From NCBI GenBank assembly GCA_964373915.1, contig CAYJWP010000002.1, positions 4,312 to 68,311 of the forward strand: DNA of 64,000 nucleotides, in the 5' to 3' direction. The DNA is from an uncultured Candidatus Saccharibacteria bacterium (lineage in GTDB: Bacteria; Patescibacteriota; Minisyncoccia; UBA6257; UBA11618). The first letter of the stretch is position 1; the number at the start of each line of letters is the position of its first letter. A model generated the notes under the pieces. It made no database searches, was not told where the DNA came from, and saw only the letters and a program-made list of their open reading frames with translations. Below are positions 20,212 through 30,121 of the stretch, piece by piece. Both the position numbers and the translations under genes were made by a program.

Positions 20212-21151
20212 CTATCATTATTTCAGTAAAAAAAAAGAGGATGGCTTTGGTATTTATCCCACGTCCATTTCTGATTTTAAGGCCCAGCTATTACAGTTGG
20301 GCCGCGATTTTTCTTTTATTAGCCAGAATGAATTGATTGAAGCAATTGATGGGGTAAGTGATTTGCCGGAGAAATCTTGTTTGATAACTTTTGATGACGG
20401 TTTGAGGTCGCAGTATGAGCAGGCGTTGCCGGTGATAGACGTTTTAGGAATCCCGGCAGTTTTTTTTGTTAATACTTTGCCATATATTAATGGCAAGCTT
20501 TTATCGGTGCATAAAATTCATTGGTGCCGCCACTTTCTTTCTCCCAAAAAATTTATTACTGAAGTTTGTGATGCTTATAATTTTTTTACGGGCCAAGAAT
20601 TTAACCAACATCTTTTTTCTTTAAGCGATGATGACTTACTTAAACAATATCGATATGACGATCTTGATTCGGCAAGGATAAAGTTTGCGTTGAATAATGC
20701 CCTTGAAGAAGATCTGCGCAATCAGATAATAAATGTTATTTTTAAAAAAATTATCAATAACGAGCGGTCTTTTTGCCGAGATTTTTATATTAACCGGAGA
20801 GATTTAAAAAAATTGTATAAAAGAGGTTATCTTGGGACTCACACTCACAGCCATCAGCCTCTGGCATCTTTTGGAGCCGATCGGACCACAAAAGAGATTG
20901 TTCATTCTCTTGACTCACTGGCTGACATTCTAACTATTAGTAGGCAAGTTTTAGAAATAAGAGGGATTTCTTATCCTTACGGCAATTCCCAATCGGTTTC
21001 TCCGGAAACCGGAGCTATTGCTAAGAGTTTGGGTTTGAAGTTTGGTTTTACCATGGAAAGAAGTTTAAATAGTACCTTACAAGAACCGTTATTATTAGCA
21101 CGGGTTGATACTAATGATGTGATTGGCGGGAAAAAGGAATTGTTACTTTAA
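20144..21151 (+). CDS. Polysaccharide deacetylase (NodB homology) family, ArnD-like deformylase candidate
   Basis: LAVNYHYF and TFDDGLRSQ NodB motifs. Start may be the GTG at 20189. Lies directly downstream of the formyltransferase. Confidence 0.6.
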   Translation: MPIRTVVYKNILLLNKVKFLAVNYHYFSKKKEDGFGIYPTSISDFKAQLLQLGRDFSFISQNELIEAIDGVSDLPEKSCLITFDDGLRSQYEQALPVIDVLGIPAVFFVNTLPYINGKLLSVHKIHWCRHFLSPKKFITEVCDAYNFFTGQEFNQHLFSLSDDDLLKQYRYDDLDSARIKFALNNALEEDLRNQIINVIFKKIINNERSFCRDFYINRRDLKKLYKRGYLGTHTHSHQPLASFGADRTTKEIVHSLDSLADILTISRQVLEIRGISYPYGNSQSVSPETGAIAKSLGLKFGFTMERSLNSTLQEPLLLARVDTNDVIGGKKELLL

Positions 21152-22464
21152 TGAATAATTTTATAAAACAGAAAACTATCGCTATTATTCCCGCGCGTGG
21201 CGGTTCGAAAAGGTTGCCGGGAAAAAATATTAAACTGTTAAATGGTAAGCCATTAATTTGGTATGCCATTCGGGATGCTAAAGAAAGCAAGTGCATAGAT
21301 GACTTTTTTGTTTCTACCGATAATCGAGAAATTGCCGAAACAGCAGAGCAATATGGAGCTAAAATAATTAATCGTCCTCCAAAATTAGCGACAGATATTG
21401 CAACTACGGATAGCGTAGTAAAACACGCGGTTGAATATCTTAAGTTCAATGGGAATGTGGTTATATTACAGCCGACAGCGCCCTTGAGAACGGCGAAGGA
21501 TATTGAGGTATGCGCGGACAAATTTTTTCAAAACGAGCCCTCTATTTTAGTTACCATTGGACCCAGAGGGAGCTACACCGGATCGGTTTACATATTTAAT
21601 ACGAAAGATTTTGCAGAAGCTGATTATTGTTGGAAAGAACTTACTTATAAAAATCCTTATGTGTTTATGATGGATAAGTATCATGAAGCGGCTAATGTTG
21701 ATTATTTGGAAGATTTTCTAGCGGCAGAGAGATTTTTAAAGGGCGGATTGTCTGTGGCTGATTTTTCCTTTGCCGATCATTTATCCAAGGAGATTCAATT
21801 TGCGGACAGAATAGGGGATTTACATTTTTATATGTCAGAGAGAGATGGTCTTGATAATTTGCGGCATAAAGATGAGGTTTTGTATAAGAAATTAAGAGAC
21901 AATCCTGAACGAGTGAGATTGTTATCTGAAATTGCTCATGGAAAAAATTGTTTGGATGTCGGTTGCAGTGACGGTCTAATAACTTTGGAAATTGCTAAAA
22001 GAAGCGGCAGTCAAGTATTGGGTATAGATATCAGGGAGGAGGCGATTGATAATGCCCGACGCTTGGCAGGTTCGTTTTCAGATGACGTAAGGCAACGAGT
22101 AGAGTTTGCTGTTTTAAAACCTGAAGAATTGGTGGCAGCCGGAAGGAAGTTTGATACGATGTATTTTACTGAAGTTCTAGAACATATTGATTACCGACAC
22201 CATTCCCAAACCATAGAAAATTTGGTAAAACTAATGCATTCTGGGTCTAATTTGATTATTTCTATCCCCAACCGCTATCCGGCACAGCATTATGAACAAG
22301 AGGGTCGCCATCGTTGGGATGCACCGGCTCACTTGGCCCATTTTAGTAAATTAAGTTTTGAGGACTTGCTTAAAGGGTATTTTAGAGAGGTGAACTTTAT
22401 CACTTTGACTCAAGATAAAAGGCCTCAAGATGGGATTTGGTTAATTTGCGATTGTAAACTATGA
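21151..22464 (+). CDS. Fusion: acylneuraminate cytidylyltransferase (NeuA/CMP-nonulosonate synthetase) + class I SAM methyltransferase domain
   Basis: N-terminus AIIPARGGSKRLPGKNIK (CMP-NeuAc/CMP-Kdo synthetase motif). C-terminus LDVGCSDGLITLEIA ... FTEVLEHI (methyltransferase motifs I and post-I). Confidence 0.7.
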   Translation: MNNFIKQKTIAIIPARGGSKRLPGKNIKLLNGKPLIWYAIRDAKESKCIDDFFVSTDNREIAETAEQYGAKIINRPPKLATDIATTDSVVKHAVEYLKFNGNVVILQPTAPLRTAKDIEVCADKFFQNEPSILVTIGPRGSYTGSVYIFNTKDFAEADYCWKELTYKNPYVFMMDKYHEAANVDYLEDFLAAERFLKGGLSVADFSFADHLSKEIQFADRIGDLHFYMSERDGLDNLRHKDEVLYKKLRDNPERVRLLSEIAHGKNCLDVGCSDGLITLEIAKRSGSQVLGIDIREEAIDNARRLAGSFSDDVRQRVEFAVLKPEELVAAGRKFDTMYFTEVLEHIDYRHHSQTIENLVKLMHSGSNLIISIPNRYPAQHYEQEGRHRWDAPAHLAHFSKLSFEDLLKGYFREVNFITLTQDKRPQDGIWLICDCKL

Positions 22465-23294
22465 AAACAAAAATAATCGCGGAGATAGCATCTTCGCATA
22501 ATGGAGATATTGAATTAGCTAAGGCGATGATAAAGGCGGCGGCTGATGCTGGTGTTGATTATGTTAAGTTTCAGTCTTGGCAGGCAAAAAATGTTAGAGA
22601 TGATGACCCAGATAAAAATCGTTACAGAAAATTAGAGCTTTCTGATGAAGCGCACCGGCTTTTGATAGGGGAATGTGATAAGAACGGCATAGGTTTTTTG
22701 ACCAGCGTTTTTGACCGCAACCGTATTCCTTTTTTAAAAAGTTTAGGTATTAATATTATTAAAATTCCAAGTGTTTATTGCCAATCGGAAGAAATGTTAT
22801 TAGCTTGCCGTGATAATTTTGAGACCATTATTCTTTCAACCGGTTTAAGTTATGAAGGAGAAGTGAGTAGAGCGGCTGAAATTCTTAAAGGCCATGATTT
22901 TGCCCTGCTTCATTGTGTTGCTTCGTATCCTTTGCCAAAAGAGAGGGCTAATTTAGCTAGGATGAGGTGGTTACAATCTATAGCTCCCCGTTGGGGCCTA
23001 TCTGATCATTGCTATGGAGCTGAAGCGGCCAAAGTTGCTGTTGCGATGGGGGCGGATTTTGTGGAAAAGCATTTCACTTTGAGCCGATACTTACCGCAAG
23101 AGACTCACAAAACATCCGATGAAGCGGAAGCTAAAGCAATTACTACTCACATGATTGCTGACGAACCGGATGTTTTTAGAGAGATTTGCCAATGGCGCGA
23201 CCTTGTCTCAAAAATGATAGGTTCCGGGCAAAAAGAAATGATGGCAGAAGAGAAGTCGGTCAGAAAAAAATACACCGGCAGATTAGGAACATGA
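22461..23294 (+). CDS. neuB: N-acetylneuraminate (nonulosonate) synthase NeuB family, TIM-barrel only (no C-terminal SAF/AFP domain)
   Basis: IAEIASSHNGDIELAKAMIKAAADAGVDYVKFQ is a NeuB signature. Only 277 aa. Confidence 0.75.
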   Translation: MKTKIIAEIASSHNGDIELAKAMIKAAADAGVDYVKFQSWQAKNVRDDDPDKNRYRKLELSDEAHRLLIGECDKNGIGFLTSVFDRNRIPFLKSLGINIIKIPSVYCQSEEMLLACRDNFETIILSTGLSYEGEVSRAAEILKGHDFALLHCVASYPLPKERANLARMRWLQSIAPRWGLSDHCYGAEAAKVAVAMGADFVEKHFTLSRYLPQETHKTSDEAEAKAITTHMIADEPDVFREICQWRDLVSKMIGSGQKEMMAEEKSVRKKYTGRLGT

Positions 23295-24442
23295 GAAAAA
23301 TTTGTTTTATTATTACCAGCCGCGCGCATTACGGTCGGCTGAAGTCGGTATTAAGGGCGGTTGACAGGCATCCCAAGCTACAACTTCAATTAGTGGTCGG
23401 AGCATCGGCTCTTTTAAGGAATTATGGCGGAGTGATCGATGTTGTTAAGCAAGACGGCTTTAAAATAGATTCGGTTTTTTATTCTGTGGTTGAAGGAGAA
23501 AATCCGATTACTATGGCAAAAACCACTGGTTTGGCTATTTTAGAATTAACTAATATTTTTAATAATTTGGAGCCTGATATGGTATTTCTCCATGCTGATC
23601 GCTATGAGGTGATTGCGGCCGCTATTTCTGCTAGCTACATGAATATTATGGTAGCTCATAATCAGGGAGGGGAGGTTAGCGGCACTATTGATGAACATGC
23701 GCGCCATGCAATAACCAAACTAGCCCATCTTCACTTTACGGCCAATAAAAGCACCGCTCATCGTATTATTAAAATGGGAGAAAGGGAGGATAGCGTGCAT
23801 GTTGTAGGTTGCCCGTCTTTAGATTTAATAAAAGAAATAGATTTAAATCTGACTGCGGATTTGAAAAATAGTTTATCCGTATTGGGTGTTGGAACGACTA
23901 GCAATTTTAACCAGCCTTATCTTTTAGTGATTTATCACCCAGTTACCACCGATTACAATGATTGCTTTAAGAAAACTCAAATTCTCTTAGAAGCCGTTCA
24001 TCAACTATCAATGTCAACGATTTGGTTTTGGCCCAACGTAGATGCTGGTTCTGACCAGATTTCTAAAGCAATCAGGGAGTTTAGAGAAAAAGCAAAGAAT
24101 AGTAATATACACTTCTTAAAAAATCTTTCCCCGGAAGACTACCTCCGTATTCTTAATGGAGCGTCATGCTGTTTGGGGAACTCCAGCAGTTTTATAAGAG
24201 AGGGATCTTTTCTTGGCGTGCCGGCGGTGATTGTGGGGGATAGGCAAACTGGAAGAGAGAGGGGCGAGAACGCGCTTCATGTTGAATGTAATTTGGGGCA
24301 GATTACAGAGGTGGTCCAGAAGCAGTTGAATCATGGCCGGTATGAGCCAAAAGAAATTTATGGTTGTGGCGAAGCGGCTGTTAAAATAGCTGATGTTTTA
24401 GCAGAAACTAAGATAATTATTCAAAAATCCATTACTTATTAA
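23291..24442 (+). CDS. neuC: UDP-N-acetylglucosamine 2-epimerase (hydrolysing), NeuC-like
   Basis: Start moved to MRKICFIITSRAHYGRL (ATGA overlap with the neuB stop). HADRYEVIAAA ... HNQGGEVSGTIDEHARHAITKLAHLHF epimerase motifs. Confidence 0.75.
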   Translation: MRKICFIITSRAHYGRLKSVLRAVDRHPKLQLQLVVGASALLRNYGGVIDVVKQDGFKIDSVFYSVVEGENPITMAKTTGLAILELTNIFNNLEPDMVFLHADRYEVIAAAISASYMNIMVAHNQGGEVSGTIDEHARHAITKLAHLHFTANKSTAHRIIKMGEREDSVHVVGCPSLDLIKEIDLNLTADLKNSLSVLGVGTTSNFNQPYLLVIYHPVTTDYNDCFKKTQILLEAVHQLSMSTIWFWPNVDAGSDQISKAIREFREKAKNSNIHFLKNLSPEDYLRILNGASCCLGNSSSFIREGSFLGVPAVIVGDRQTGRERGENALHVECNLGQITEVVQKQLNHGRYEPKEIYGCGEAAVKIADVLAETKIIIQKSITY

Positions 24443-24451
24443 ATATTTTTT

Positions 24452-25822
24452 GTGAAAACAATATTTCTTATCCTCTTTCATACATTAGCTTCTAGAAATA
24501 TTCTTACCACTGATGTTTTTAAAATTTTATCAGCCGATAAAACAATAAAATTGGTAGTTTTCGTTCCTTATTATAAAGAGGATTTTTTAAGACAACTTTA
24601 TGGCCGGGAGAACGTTATTTTTATAGGTCTAGATAAAAAATTTTTAATCGGCTCCGGCATTTCCCAATTATTTAAATGGATAATTTTCGCTCTTATTCCT
24701 ACTTACACTATTAAGTTGCGATTATGGGAAGAAGTTTATAAAGAACGTTCTCTAAAGAAAAGAGCAAAATATTTTATATTGAGATTAATTTCTCTGATGT
24801 TTTCTCGTTCTGTTATAGCGTATAATTTTTTTAGACAGGCTGATTATTTTTTTGCTAATCACCAATCGCTCTTACCTTATTTTCAAAAATATCAACCAGA
24901 TTGTGTTTTTGTAGGCGATGCTTTTAGTGATGTTGACTCTGTTTTTGTCCAAGCGGCAAAAAAAATGAATATTTTTTCCATAGGCATGGTGCGGTCTTGG
25001 GACAATACAACCACAAAGGGTTTGATGAGGGCGGTGCCTGATAAATTGATAACAAACAATGATTTAATTAAGGACGAGGCAGTAAAATTTCACGGCGTTA
25101 AAGCCAGCAGTATTTTTGTGGGCGGTATTCCCCAATTTGACAGATTTTTTCGTGGAGTCCCAGTGTCCCGAGAGGATTTTTTTATAAAGATTGGAATTCA
25201 GCCCGATAAAAAATTAATTTTACTGGCTCCGGCCGGATATCTTTTATCGGATACAGATTGGCAAATTTGTGAAATATTAAAAAAAGGAATAAAAGACGGT
25301 CGCTTGCCAAGAAGCATTCATTTCTTAATAAGAAATCACCCCGCTGATCCTGCGTCCCTTGATAAATTTATACCTGATGAAAATTTTACTATTGAAAAGC
25401 CGGGCGTTTATTTTCAAAAGAAATATAAAGCCACGGAAGTGACAGACGAGGACGACAAGCATTTATTAAATTCACTTTTCCATTCGGAGATGGTCGTTCA
25501 CGTTAATTCTACTATTGGCTTAGATTCTTTACCATTTGACAAACCTCAGATAAAAATAGAATTTGATGGATGGGAAAAGCGTCCTTACTTAAACAGCGTT
25601 CGGCGTTATGGAGATGAGGACCATATGGTTAAATATTTAAAAACTGGAGCTAGCCGTATTGTTGAAAGTTCTGACGAGCTTTTTTATTGGATAGATACTT
25701 ATTTGCAGAATCCGAGATTAGATTCAGAGAATAGAAGGGTAGCCATGAGGGAACAATTTTGTTTTTTAGACGGAAAATCTGGAGAGAGGGTAGGAAAGTT
25801 TTTATTGAGCCAACTTGTTTAA
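24452..25822 (+). CDS. TagB/TagF-like polyol-phosphate transferase family protein (paralog of 18027-19379)
   Basis: GGIPQFDRFF motif. Similar N-terminus MKTIFLIL. Confidence 0.4.
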   Translation: MKTIFLILFHTLASRNILTTDVFKILSADKTIKLVVFVPYYKEDFLRQLYGRENVIFIGLDKKFLIGSGISQLFKWIIFALIPTYTIKLRLWEEVYKERSLKKRAKYFILRLISLMFSRSVIAYNFFRQADYFFANHQSLLPYFQKYQPDCVFVGDAFSDVDSVFVQAAKKMNIFSIGMVRSWDNTTTKGLMRAVPDKLITNNDLIKDEAVKFHGVKASSIFVGGIPQFDRFFRGVPVSREDFFIKIGIQPDKKLILLAPAGYLLSDTDWQICEILKKGIKDGRLPRSIHFLIRNHPADPASLDKFIPDENFTIEKPGVYFQKKYKATEVTDEDDKHLLNSLFHSEMVVHVNSTIGLDSLPFDKPQIKIEFDGWEKRPYLNSVRRYGDEDHMVKYLKTGASRIVESSDELFYWIDTYLQNPRLDSENRRVAMREQFCFLDGKSGERVGKFLLSQLV

Positions 25823-26521
25823 TTTCTTAAATTTTATCTCCGCTTCTTGCCAATCTTCTTCAGTGTTAATGTCAATTTCATAAAGGGGATTAGTTTCGTA
25901 AAGTTCAACTTTACTGCCATAAAGCCGTGGCGGGTTTTCATAAAGATTTTGGGGCTTAAGAACATAAACAAGATCGTTGCGAGCATAGCATTTTTGCGGG
26001 AAGTCTTGTCGGCGATTGAGAATGTTTTCTAACGGCACCCCGCCGAAGAGGCAGACACCGCCGTCATTGCTTTTAGTTAAAGTCCAGTAAGGAGTATGGT
26101 TGGCTGGGGTTTCATTGACAGAAACTACCGAGTCGCATTGTTTGGTCTGGAAAATATTAATCGCTTCATTTATATGAAAAGTCTGTCGGAGGGGATTAGT
26201 GGCAAACAATAGGGCAAGCGCGTCAACGGAGTAGCCGTCTTTCAAAAGCCACTGATAAGCATGTTGGAGTACCGGTTCTATGCCGATGGTATCGGTTGCT
26301 AATTCATTAGGTCTGATGAAAGGCACATCAGCGCCATATTTTTTGGCGACCTCCACTATTTCTTGGCTATCGGTGGAAACTATCAATCTATCCATAGGCG
26401 CGCTTTTGAGGGCTGTTTCTATCGTCCAGCCTATTAATGGTTTACCGCAGAAATGCTTAAGATTTTTATTGATTATTTTTTTTGACCCTCCTCTTGCTGG
26501 AATAATTCCCATAATCTTCAT
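25802..26521 (-). CDS. Acylneuraminate cytidylyltransferase family (second CMP-nonulosonate/Kdo-type synthetase)
   Basis: MGIIPARGGSKKIINKNL N-terminal motif. About 240 aa. Confidence 0.7.
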   Translation of the reverse strand: MKIMGIIPARGGSKKIINKNLKHFCGKPLIGWTIETALKSAPMDRLIVSTDSQEIVEVAKKYGADVPFIRPNELATDTIGIEPVLQHAYQWLLKDGYSVDALALLFATNPLRQTFHINEAINIFQTKQCDSVVSVNETPANHTPYWTLTKSNDGGVCLFGGVPLENILNRRQDFPQKCYARNDLVYVLKPQNLYENPPRLYGSKVELYETNPLYEIDINTEEDWQEAEIKFKKLNKLAQ

Positions 26522-27000
26522 CGTCTTTTAAGATAAACGATTTTATCTTAAAAAAAAAGCCTCCGCATGGGGCGGAACATTCATACCGTCAGCTTGGCAT
26601 CTGCTAAATTTTGGAGACTGAAGAAGATATGTGCTTATTTAAAGGCGAGATTTTTTAGAGCTTTTTCACCCAATCACAAAATAATTCTTCAGCCGTTAGA
26701 ATCAGTAATAGAACAAACGATTCCTTTAAAAATAATATTTGCTAAAAATATAAAATTTCTTGTAAAATAGTTTTATAAATGGCCTGGTTTAATTTTTCTA
26801 GTATTAAGTCGGCAAAAGTGCATGTAGCGCCAGCTGGTTTTCGTTACGGATATATAGAAAATCTTTTTAATGATGATTTTTATGAAAATCTTGTTGAAAC
26901 CTTTTGTCCAACAATCAAATTTTGTGAGAGATGTAGACAGTTTGTCGCTTATAAGTTAAAATAGAACTCTGTTCTTTGGCAATCTTTGGAGGTAAAAACG

Positions 27001-27822
27001 ATGACAGATTTTTCTCTTAAAGGTAAGAATGCCCTTTTGACAGGAGCGGCGGGCTTTTTTGGAAGATATTTTGCCGAAGCCTTGGCTGAAAGCGGGGTAA
27101 GGAGGCTCTATTTAATCGATAGAAATAATGAGAGGCTTTTTCAATTAAGAGAAAGTCTTAAAGGAAAATTTAACAAGGGTATGGTGGTGCATGTCTACGC
27201 CAGAGATCTTTATGATTGCAATCCGATCGGACATTTGTTTAATGCTATTGCGAGCAATTATAAGATTGATATTTTGATTAATAATGCTTTTGATTTCAGC
27301 AAAAGAACTGGCTTTAATACTTCGGAAGGTAGATTGGAAAACGCGACTTATGACCAGTTAAGGTCTTGTTTCGAGGCGGGAATTTATTGGGCTATACAAA
27401 CTACACAAACAATTGGATTAAAAATGAAAGAAAGGGGCGGCGGTTCTATTATTAACATCTGCTCTATGTATGGAGTGGTGGTGCCTTCACCTGATCTTTA
27501 TGAAGGAACCGATATTTTTAATCCTCCGGGTTACAGTATGGCTAAGGCGGGGCTTTTGCAGTTTACTAAATATGCAGCTTCGTTTTTGAGTCCCGAAGTG
27601 CGAGTCAACGCTATTTCTCCGGGGGCGATTCCGAATTTGGAAAATCCGACTGACAACCCATCAAGCGATGTGATTTTGGACAGACTGTTAAAAAAGATTT
27701 TACTTAAGCGGGTTGGTCATCCGAAAGATTTGACCGGTGCGATGATTTTCCTGGCGTCGGATGCTTCCAGTTACATTACCGGCCAGAATATTATTATTGA
27801 CGGCGGTTTAACAGTAACTTAA
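27001..27822 (+). CDS. Short-chain dehydrogenase/reductase (SDR)
   Basis: LLTGAAGFFGRYF glycine-rich motif. YSMAKAG (YxxxK). GGAGG SD 7 nt upstream of the ATG at 27001. Confidence 0.75.
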   Translation: MTDFSLKGKNALLTGAAGFFGRYFAEALAESGVRRLYLIDRNNERLFQLRESLKGKFNKGMVVHVYARDLYDCNPIGHLFNAIASNYKIDILINNAFDFSKRTGFNTSEGRLENATYDQLRSCFEAGIYWAIQTTQTIGLKMKERGGGSIINICSMYGVVVPSPDLYEGTDIFNPPGYSMAKAGLLQFTKYAASFLSPEVRVNAISPGAIPNLENPTDNPSSDVILDRLLKKILLKRVGHPKDLTGAMIFLASDASSYITGQNIIIDGGLTVT

Positions 27823-27859
27823 TTTTCAGCGGCTTAACAGCCGCCTTTTTTTAAAAGAA

Positions 27860-29401
27860 ATGAACACTTTAGTTTTAAATTTAGGGATTAAAAGCATTAG
27901 GAGTATTGTTTTTGATAGCAAAGGTAGAATATTGGGCGCCGCTTATCAACTAATACACACATCGGTAAGGCATGGTGTTGTGGAGCAAAATCCCGAAGAG
28001 TGGTGGTCAGCGTCTTTGGAGGTGATGAAAAAATCTTTAAAAAACAGCAATGCTAAAGAACAATTAAAATACATCACCGTCACCGCTTCCTCTTCTTGTC
28101 TTACTGCTGTAGATAAACAAGGCAATATTTTATTTAATTCTTTAATGGTTTCCGATTCTAGAGCTAAAAAGCAAGCTGAATTTATTGATAATCTTCCCGT
28201 TTTTAAGAAAATAATCCAAGATCAAGGCATGTGTTCCAGTCCATCTCTGATGTTACAAAAAGCATTGTGGATTAAGGAAAATAGCCCGACTATTTTTGAT
28301 AAAGTTTATAAATTTTTATCACCCAATGATTTTTTAGTTTTTAAATTGACTGGTAAATTATTAACCGATGAGGATAATGCTTCTAAATTTTACTATAACT
28401 GCTTCAAAAAAAATCCACCTTCAGATTTATTTAATGAAATTGGAATTAGCGTTTCAAAATTTCCGGAAGTGGTGCCGGTTGGAAGTGTGGCTGATAAAAT
28501 AAATAATCAAATAGCTAGTGATTTAGGTCTTTCTTATTGTCCCGATGTTGTTCTTTCTTCTTATGACGCTATTTGCTCCGTTTATGGTTCTGGAGTTACA
28601 AAATGCGGGGATGTGAGTGATGTTTCTGGAACGATTACTTCAGTAAGGGCTATTTGTGATAAGGCCGTAAAAGACCCTTTAGCGAAAGCTTTTCTTAACA
28701 AGCATCTTGAAAGAAACCTTTGGATTTTTGGTGGGTCCAATAATCTTGGTGGTGGGGTAATAGAGTGGGCAAAAGACTTATTGTATTCTGAAGTTAAGGA
28801 TTGTTATAAAAAAATGGAAAGCGAAGTATTATCAACATCACCTGGCGCCAATGGGATTATTTTCTTACCTTTTTTATTAGGAGAGCGCTTTCCTATTTGG
28901 AATCATAAAGCTCGCGGCGTTTTTTTTGGTTTAAATAGAGGTCATTCTCGGAGACATATGATGAGGGCTATATTTGAAGGCGTGGCTTTCAATTTTCGTC
29001 ACATGATAGAATCTTTAGAGGGTCTAGGAGTCGCTTGCGACGAGGTATATGCTTCCGGTGGTCTTGCGAGAATAGATAGTTTATTGAGAATTAAAGCTGA
29101 TGTTTTGGGGAAAAAAATAAATGTTGTAAATAATTTTGAAACGACCGCAGTCGGGGCCTTAATGATTGTTTTAGTGAGTCAAGGAAAATATAAAAATTTT
29201 AATGATGCTAAAAAAGAATTAGTCAGAGTAAAAATGGTAATAAAACCCGTAGAAAATAATTTTAGCGTTTATTCTGATATTTATAACAATTACAAAAAAA
29301 TTTATGAAGCTTTGATTGCTAGATTTGACGAACATCATGAAATTATCAGTAAGCATTTAGATATTCTAGATGATCGTGCATTTGAATTTAGAAACTTATA
29401 A
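27860..29401 (+). CDS. FGGY-family carbohydrate kinase (xylulo-/ribulo-/glycerol-kinase-like)
   Basis: 513 aa. N-domain LNLGIKSIRSIVFD and TVTASSSCLTAVD. C-domain FLPFLLGERFPIWN FGGY signatures. Confidence 0.7.
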   Translation: MNTLVLNLGIKSIRSIVFDSKGRILGAAYQLIHTSVRHGVVEQNPEEWWSASLEVMKKSLKNSNAKEQLKYITVTASSSCLTAVDKQGNILFNSLMVSDSRAKKQAEFIDNLPVFKKIIQDQGMCSSPSLMLQKALWIKENSPTIFDKVYKFLSPNDFLVFKLTGKLLTDEDNASKFYYNCFKKNPPSDLFNEIGISVSKFPEVVPVGSVADKINNQIASDLGLSYCPDVVLSSYDAICSVYGSGVTKCGDVSDVSGTITSVRAICDKAVKDPLAKAFLNKHLERNLWIFGGSNNLGGGVIEWAKDLLYSEVKDCYKKMESEVLSTSPGANGIIFLPFLLGERFPIWNHKARGVFFGLNRGHSRRHMMRAIFEGVAFNFRHMIESLEGLGVACDEVYASGGLARIDSLLRIKADVLGKKINVVNNFETTAVGALMIVLVSQGKYKNFNDAKKELVRVKMVIKPVENNFSVYSDIYNNYKKIYEALIARFDEHHEIISKHLDILDDRAFEFRNL

Positions 29402-29404
29402 AAA

Positions 29405-30121
29405 ATGAAGACTGTTATATTGGCCGCAGGAATTGGTAGTAGATTAGGAGAATTAACCCGTTTTACTCCGAAGTCTTTGCTTTGTATTGATGGCGACATA
29501 ACTATTATAGAAAAGAGTCTGGATGTTTTAAAACGTGGGGGATTAAAGGATATAGTTATTGTTAATGGTTTTGAAAAGGAAAAAATAGAGAAGGTTGTTG
29601 GCAAGAAAGCAGTTTATGTTTTTAATCCCTTATATAACTCAACCAACGTTATCTTTTCTCTTTGGTTGGCTAGAGATTATCTAAAAGAGGGCTTTATTTT
29701 TCTTCACGCTGACACATTATTCCATCCCGATATTTTGGATAGTCTTTTGCTCGGACAAGGAGATGTATTGTTGGCCATTGATTTTAAGCCCTGCGAAGAG
29801 GAGCATATGAAGGTCATGGTCAAAAATGGTCTGGTTTTAGAAATTAACAAAACGATGCCACTTAGGGATGCCGATGGTGAATTTATTGGCTTGGCAAAAA
29901 TTTCCCGGGAAGCAGCTCCGAAAGTCATTGGGACCGTAGATTGGCTGATAAAGAACAAAGAGACCGGCGCTTTTTTTGAACTAGCTATTCAGAAACTAAT
30001 TGACGACGGGTCAATACGTGTTAGCGCCGTTGATACTAAGGGCAATTTTTGGATGGAAGTTGATTTTTTGGAGGACTTGGAAAAAGCGAGAAGTTACTAT
30101 AATGAACAATCCATGCTTTGA
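29405..30121 (+). CDS. Sugar/polyol-phosphate nucleotidyl(cytidylyl)transferase
   Basis: MKTVILAAGIGSRLG G-loop. About 240 aa. Confidence 0.65.
   Translation: MKTVILAAGIGSRLGELTRFTPKSLLCIDGDITIIEKSLDVLKRGGLKDIVIVNGFEKEKIEKVVGKKAVYVFNPLYNSTNVIFSLWLARDYLKEGFIFLHADTLFHPDILDSLLLGQGDVLLAIDFKPCEEEHMKVMVKNGLVLEINKTMPLRDADGEFIGLAKISREAAPKVIGTVDWLIKNKETGAFFELAIQKLIDDGSIRVSAVDTKGNFWMEVDFLEDLEKARSYYNEQSML

Noticed and set aside
22461-24442. Possible UGA recoding (as in some candidate-phylum bacteria)
   Set aside because: Genes end at TGA with sensible lengths and show ATGA start/stop overlaps (neuB/neuC, GT4/GT4). This fits the standard code.
26567-26964. Two small ORFs (67 and 61 aa) in the gap between the cytidylyltransferase and the SDR
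   Set aside because: No RBS, and hydrophilic or odd composition. The region is more likely the promoter/5'UTR of the SDR-kinase-cytidylyltransferase operon.
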